A DNA stretch of 64,000 bases from Patescibacteria group bacterium. Lineage in GTDB: Bacteria; Patescibacteriota; Patescibacteriia; Patescibacteriales; UBA12465. The stretch covers positions 71,601 to 135,600 of the forward strand of contig JBAZJR010000001.1 in the NCBI GenBank assembly GCA_041651195.1. Reading direction: 5' to 3'. Shown here piece after piece: positions 61,958 through 64,000 of the stretch. The stretch's first letter is position 1, and every line of letters begins with the position of its first letter. The position numbers and the translations under genes were made by a program. The notes beneath the pieces are model-generated. The model worked only from the letters and a program-made list of their open reading frames with translations. It searched no databases and was not told where the DNA came from.

Positions 61958-62242
61958 ATGATTATTAAAAATAATGAACAAATTCAAATTCGTATTGACG
62001 CTGAGACCAAAAAAGAAACGAAAAAAATTCTTGATAGTTTAGGTATTGATATGAGCTCAGCCATTAAATTATTTTTTCGTCAGATAATAAATGCTAGAAA
62101 TTTACCGTTTGAATTAAGGGGTGAAAATGGCCTTACTTTACGTAATGCTGAGTTGTTGAGAGAGTCAATTATCAGTGCTAAAAATAGCCCCAAGATTTTT
62201 AAGAACGGAGCGGCTCTTCTCAAAGATGCTTTAAAAGAGTAA
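61958..62242 (+). CDS. RelB/DinJ-family type II antitoxin
   Basis: 94 aa. IQIRIDAETKKETKKILDSLGIDMSSAIKLFFRQIINARNLPFEL is the DinJ/RelB ribbon-helix-helix pattern. The next ORF starts 3 nt after its stop. Confidence 0.8.
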   Translation: MIIKNNEQIQIRIDAETKKETKKILDSLGIDMSSAIKLFFRQIINARNLPFELRGENGLTLRNAELLRESIISAKNSPKIFKNGAALLKDALKE

Positions 62243-62245
62243 TCT

Positions 62246-62518
62246 ATGTTTTTGTTGAAATTTTCTAGCCGGTTTAAGAAAGATTTAAAGTCTTATAAAC
62301 ATGACAAAAATTTTTTAATTGAATTAGAAAAAGTTTTAGATATTTTAGCAAAAGGCAAAGAATTGCCAGATAAAAATCTTAATCATCTGCTTATTGGTGA
62401 ATTTAAAGGTTGTTTTGAATGCCATATCAAGCCCGATATTCTGCTTATTTATAAAATAGAGCAATCGGAGTTGATTGTTTTATTACTTAGGGTTGGTTCA
62501 CATTCCAATCTTTTTTAA
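62246..62518 (+). CDS. YafQ/RelE-family type II toxin (mRNA interferase)
   Basis: 90 aa. FKKDLKSY...LPDKNLNHLLIGEFKGCFECHIKPDILLIYKIE...LLLRVGSHSNLF matches the YafQ family, including the terminal GSHS-x-LF. Confidence 0.8.
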   Translation: MFLLKFSSRFKKDLKSYKHDKNFLIELEKVLDILAKGKELPDKNLNHLLIGEFKGCFECHIKPDILLIYKIEQSELIVLLLRVGSHSNLF

Positions 62519-62580
62519 TGGCCATTTTTAAGAATAATGATAGCGAACTGAGGTTTTTCTATATTACCATTCTTAATGTG

Positions 62581-62595
62581 TCCCACCTTCTCCGC
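62581..62595 (+). repeat. Degenerate direct repeat of the tRNA-Ser 3' end, copy 3
   Basis: tcccaccttctccgc differs from tccctccttctccgc (61603-61617) at 1 of 15 positions. A small hairpin follows at 62601-62621. Confidence 0.55.
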
Positions 62596-62631
62596 AGATA
62601 AAATACCCAAACAGGGTATTTATTTTATATG

Positions 62632-62661
62632 TTGACAAACGCAACAGTGTTGCGTTATTAT
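62632..62661 (+). promoter_or_regulatory. Promoter with embedded 19-bp perfect palindrome (candidate Fur/Zur-family operator)
   Basis: TTGACA (62632-62637) and TATTAT (62656-61). The palindrome aacgcaaca-g-tgttgcgtt (62638-62656) fills the spacer, upstream of the Fur-family gene. Confidence 0.55.
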
Positions 62662-62679
62662 ATTTAGGCGACCTAAATT

Positions 62680-63102
62680 ATGACCTTAGATGAATTGATA
62701 GAAAAGATAAAATTATCCGGCGGCCGGACGACCAAGACGCGGCTGGCTGCTTTAAAGTACCTGCTGGCCGCCGACCGCCCGGTATCGCCAGCGGAAATTT
62801 TAGGGGCGTTGAAGCAAAAGCGGGTCTTAGTCAATCGCACGACCGTTTATAGGGAGTTAGCTTTCTTGGCGGCGCGCGGCTTGGTCAGGGAAGTCGGCTT
62901 GGTCGGCCAACCGGCCTTGTTCGAGCTAGTCCGCGGCCATCGCCATCACCTGATCTGCCTGAAATGTAATAAGATCAAGACAATCGTTATGGCTAATCAT
63001 CTGCATAAAGAGGAAGAAAAGATAACTAAGAAAGAGAAGTTTAAGATTACCGATCATTGCCTGGAGTTCTACGGTCTCTGTCAGGACTGCCGCCGGCGAT
63101 AA
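62680..63102 (+). CDS. Fur-family metalloregulator (Zur-like by context)
   Basis: 140 aa. wHTH TKTRLAALKYLLAADRPVSPAEILGAL...VNRTTVYRELAFLAARGLV. Metal-site residues are HRHHLICLKC and CQDC. It lies directly upstream of a ZnuA-like gene. Confidence 0.8.
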   Translation: MTLDELIEKIKLSGGRTTKTRLAALKYLLAADRPVSPAEILGALKQKRVLVNRTTVYRELAFLAARGLVREVGLVGQPALFELVRGHRHHLICLKCNKIKTIVMANHLHKEEEKITKKEKFKITDHCLEFYGLCQDCRRR

Positions 63103-63125
63103 AATCTACATATCGATTAAATAGC

Positions 63126-64000
63126 ATGAAAAAGAAAGTTATTGTTTTTATTTTAATTATCATCGCTGCCCTTTGGTCGGCCTGGAGTCTGGCCGGTTAT
63201 TATCGGGAGAGAGGGAGCCAGGATCCTAGTGATAAGCTTAAAGTCATCGCGACCTTATTTCCGCTTTATGATATGGCTAAGAATATCGGGGGAGAGCGGG
63301 TTGAAGTCTATCAATTGCTGCCGCCCGGCCTAGAGGCCCACTCCTTTGAGCCTAAGCCTAGCGATATAGTAAGGATCAACGAGGCAGATGTCTTCGTTTA
63401 CACCGGCCGGTATATGGAAACTTGGGCGGAAGACATTATTAATGGCCTGGCGAGCCGAGATATTAAGATCATCGATACCAGCCGCGGCGTAGAATTAGCC
63501 CAGGCAGATAGCGGGGATGGTTATGAAGAGGAGCTTGAGCATGGAAGCGAACTTGGCGATGAGAGCGGACATCATCACGATGAGGCTGCAGATCAAGAAG
63601 ATGGCCACCGCCACGGCGGCGTCGACCCGCATATCTGGCTGGATTTTTCTAAAGCGCAGATTATGGTAGATAATATCGCCGCCGCCCTGGCAGAAAAAGA
63701 TCCGGCTAATGCGGAATTTTATCAGAATAATGCTCTTATATATAAAGATAAGCTGACGGCCATAGATGATGATTATCGCGAGTCTTTGGCCGGATGTCGT
63801 AGCCGGATGGTGGTCTATGGCGGACATTATGCTTTCGGCTACCTCTCTCGGCGCTACGGATTGGAGTATGCGGCGGCTCAAGGCATCTCTCCAGATGCTG
63901 AGCCGACGGCCAGCGATTTAGTCTCGCTGGTTAAACAGGTCAGGGAAGATGATATCAAATATATCTTTTATGAAGAGCTTGCCAGTCCGAAGATAGCCGA
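63126..64000 (+). CDS. ZnuA/TroA-family metal ABC transporter substrate-binding protein, 3' end outside window
   Basis: The frame is open from the ATG at 63126 to the window edge, so it is absent from the ORF track. Signal/anchor MKKKVIVFILIIIAALWSAW. Family landmarks are VIATLFPLYDMAKNIGG, HSFEPKPSD and DPHIWLD, plus an acidic/His-rich loop (HGSELGDESGHHHDEAADQEDGHRHGG) typical of zinc-specific members. Confidence 0.8.
   Translation, partial: MKKKVIVFILIIIAALWSAWSLAGYYRERGSQDPSDKLKVIATLFPLYDMAKNIGGERVEVYQLLPPGLEAHSFEPKPSDIVRINEADVFVYTGRYMETWAEDIINGLASRDIKIIDTSRGVELAQADSGDGYEEELEHGSELGDESGHHHDEAADQEDGHRHGGVDPHIWLDFSKAQIMVDNIAAALAEKDPANAEFYQNNALIYKDKLTAIDDDYRESLAGCRSRMVVYGGHYAFGYLSRRYGLEYAAAQGISPDAEPTASDLVSLVKQVREDDIKYIFYEELASPKIA

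Noticed and set aside
61617-62595. Calling the tRNA-Ser-flanked segment an intact integrative mobile element
   Set aside because: No integrase, recombinase or excisionase ORF lies between or next to the repeats. Only direct-repeat scars and a TA module are visible, so it is reported as a remnant or islet rather than annotated as a mobile_element.
63495-63881. 128-aa minus-strand ORF
   Set aside because: It is antisense to the open ZnuA-like frame (DPHIWLD, His-rich loop), which runs to the window edge and is therefore missing from the ORF track.

Overview
Gene-dense bacterial chromosome fragment. All calls come from reading the ORF track and sequence by eye, using remembered motifs; no searches were run. 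The content resembles a small-genome, CPR/Patescibacteria-like organism. Evidence: housekeeping genes (lepA, recJ, rnhA, xth, leuS, rsmA, radA, recG), a porGDAB 2-oxoacid:ferredoxin oxidoreductase operon, a methyl-cycle trio (PfkB kinase, ahcY, metK), Gram-positive-style type IV secretion parts, and very large Cys-rich exported proteins. The T4SS-like parts are pilin-like, TrbL/VirB6-like, PrgI/VirB3-like, VirB4 and a possible VirB8.

The main finding is a ~19.7 kb co-directional cluster (31040-50718). It holds ten tandem, strongly diverged paralogues (476-512 aa). Each has a variable ~370-aa N-terminal region fused to an intact swivel phosphohistidine (PEP-utilizers) domain. The cluster has only one stand-alone ATP-grasp (PPDK_N) protein at its 3' end. 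It also contains two HAD-like proteins with an unusual D-x-A-D motif, a histidine-phosphatase-family protein, a small HxGH nucleotidyltransferase and a possible kinase-fold ORF. It reads as a split PEP-synthase / rifampin-phosphotransferase-type phosphotransfer system with one nucleotide-binding subunit and ten alternative His-carrier subunits. I know of no description of such a system.

Other notable items:
- Two exported pilin-like Cys-rich genes are interleaved by ATGA overlaps inside the por operon. One is fused to an M15-type peptidase domain.
- A 2619-aa Cys-rich modular surface protein sits in a T4SS-like half-locus.
- VirB4 appears to be split into two ORFs.
- An MNT/HEPN pair with a duplicated palindromic operator is wedged between ahcY and metK.
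- tRNA-Ser(GCT) is surrounded by partial copies of itself that bracket a RelB/YafQ module.
- A tRNA-Arg carries a genomically encoded GCG anticodon.
- A Fur-family gene has a perfect 19-bp palindrome in its promoter, followed by a His-rich ZnuA-like gene.

No rRNA, CRISPR array, transposase or integrase was recognised.
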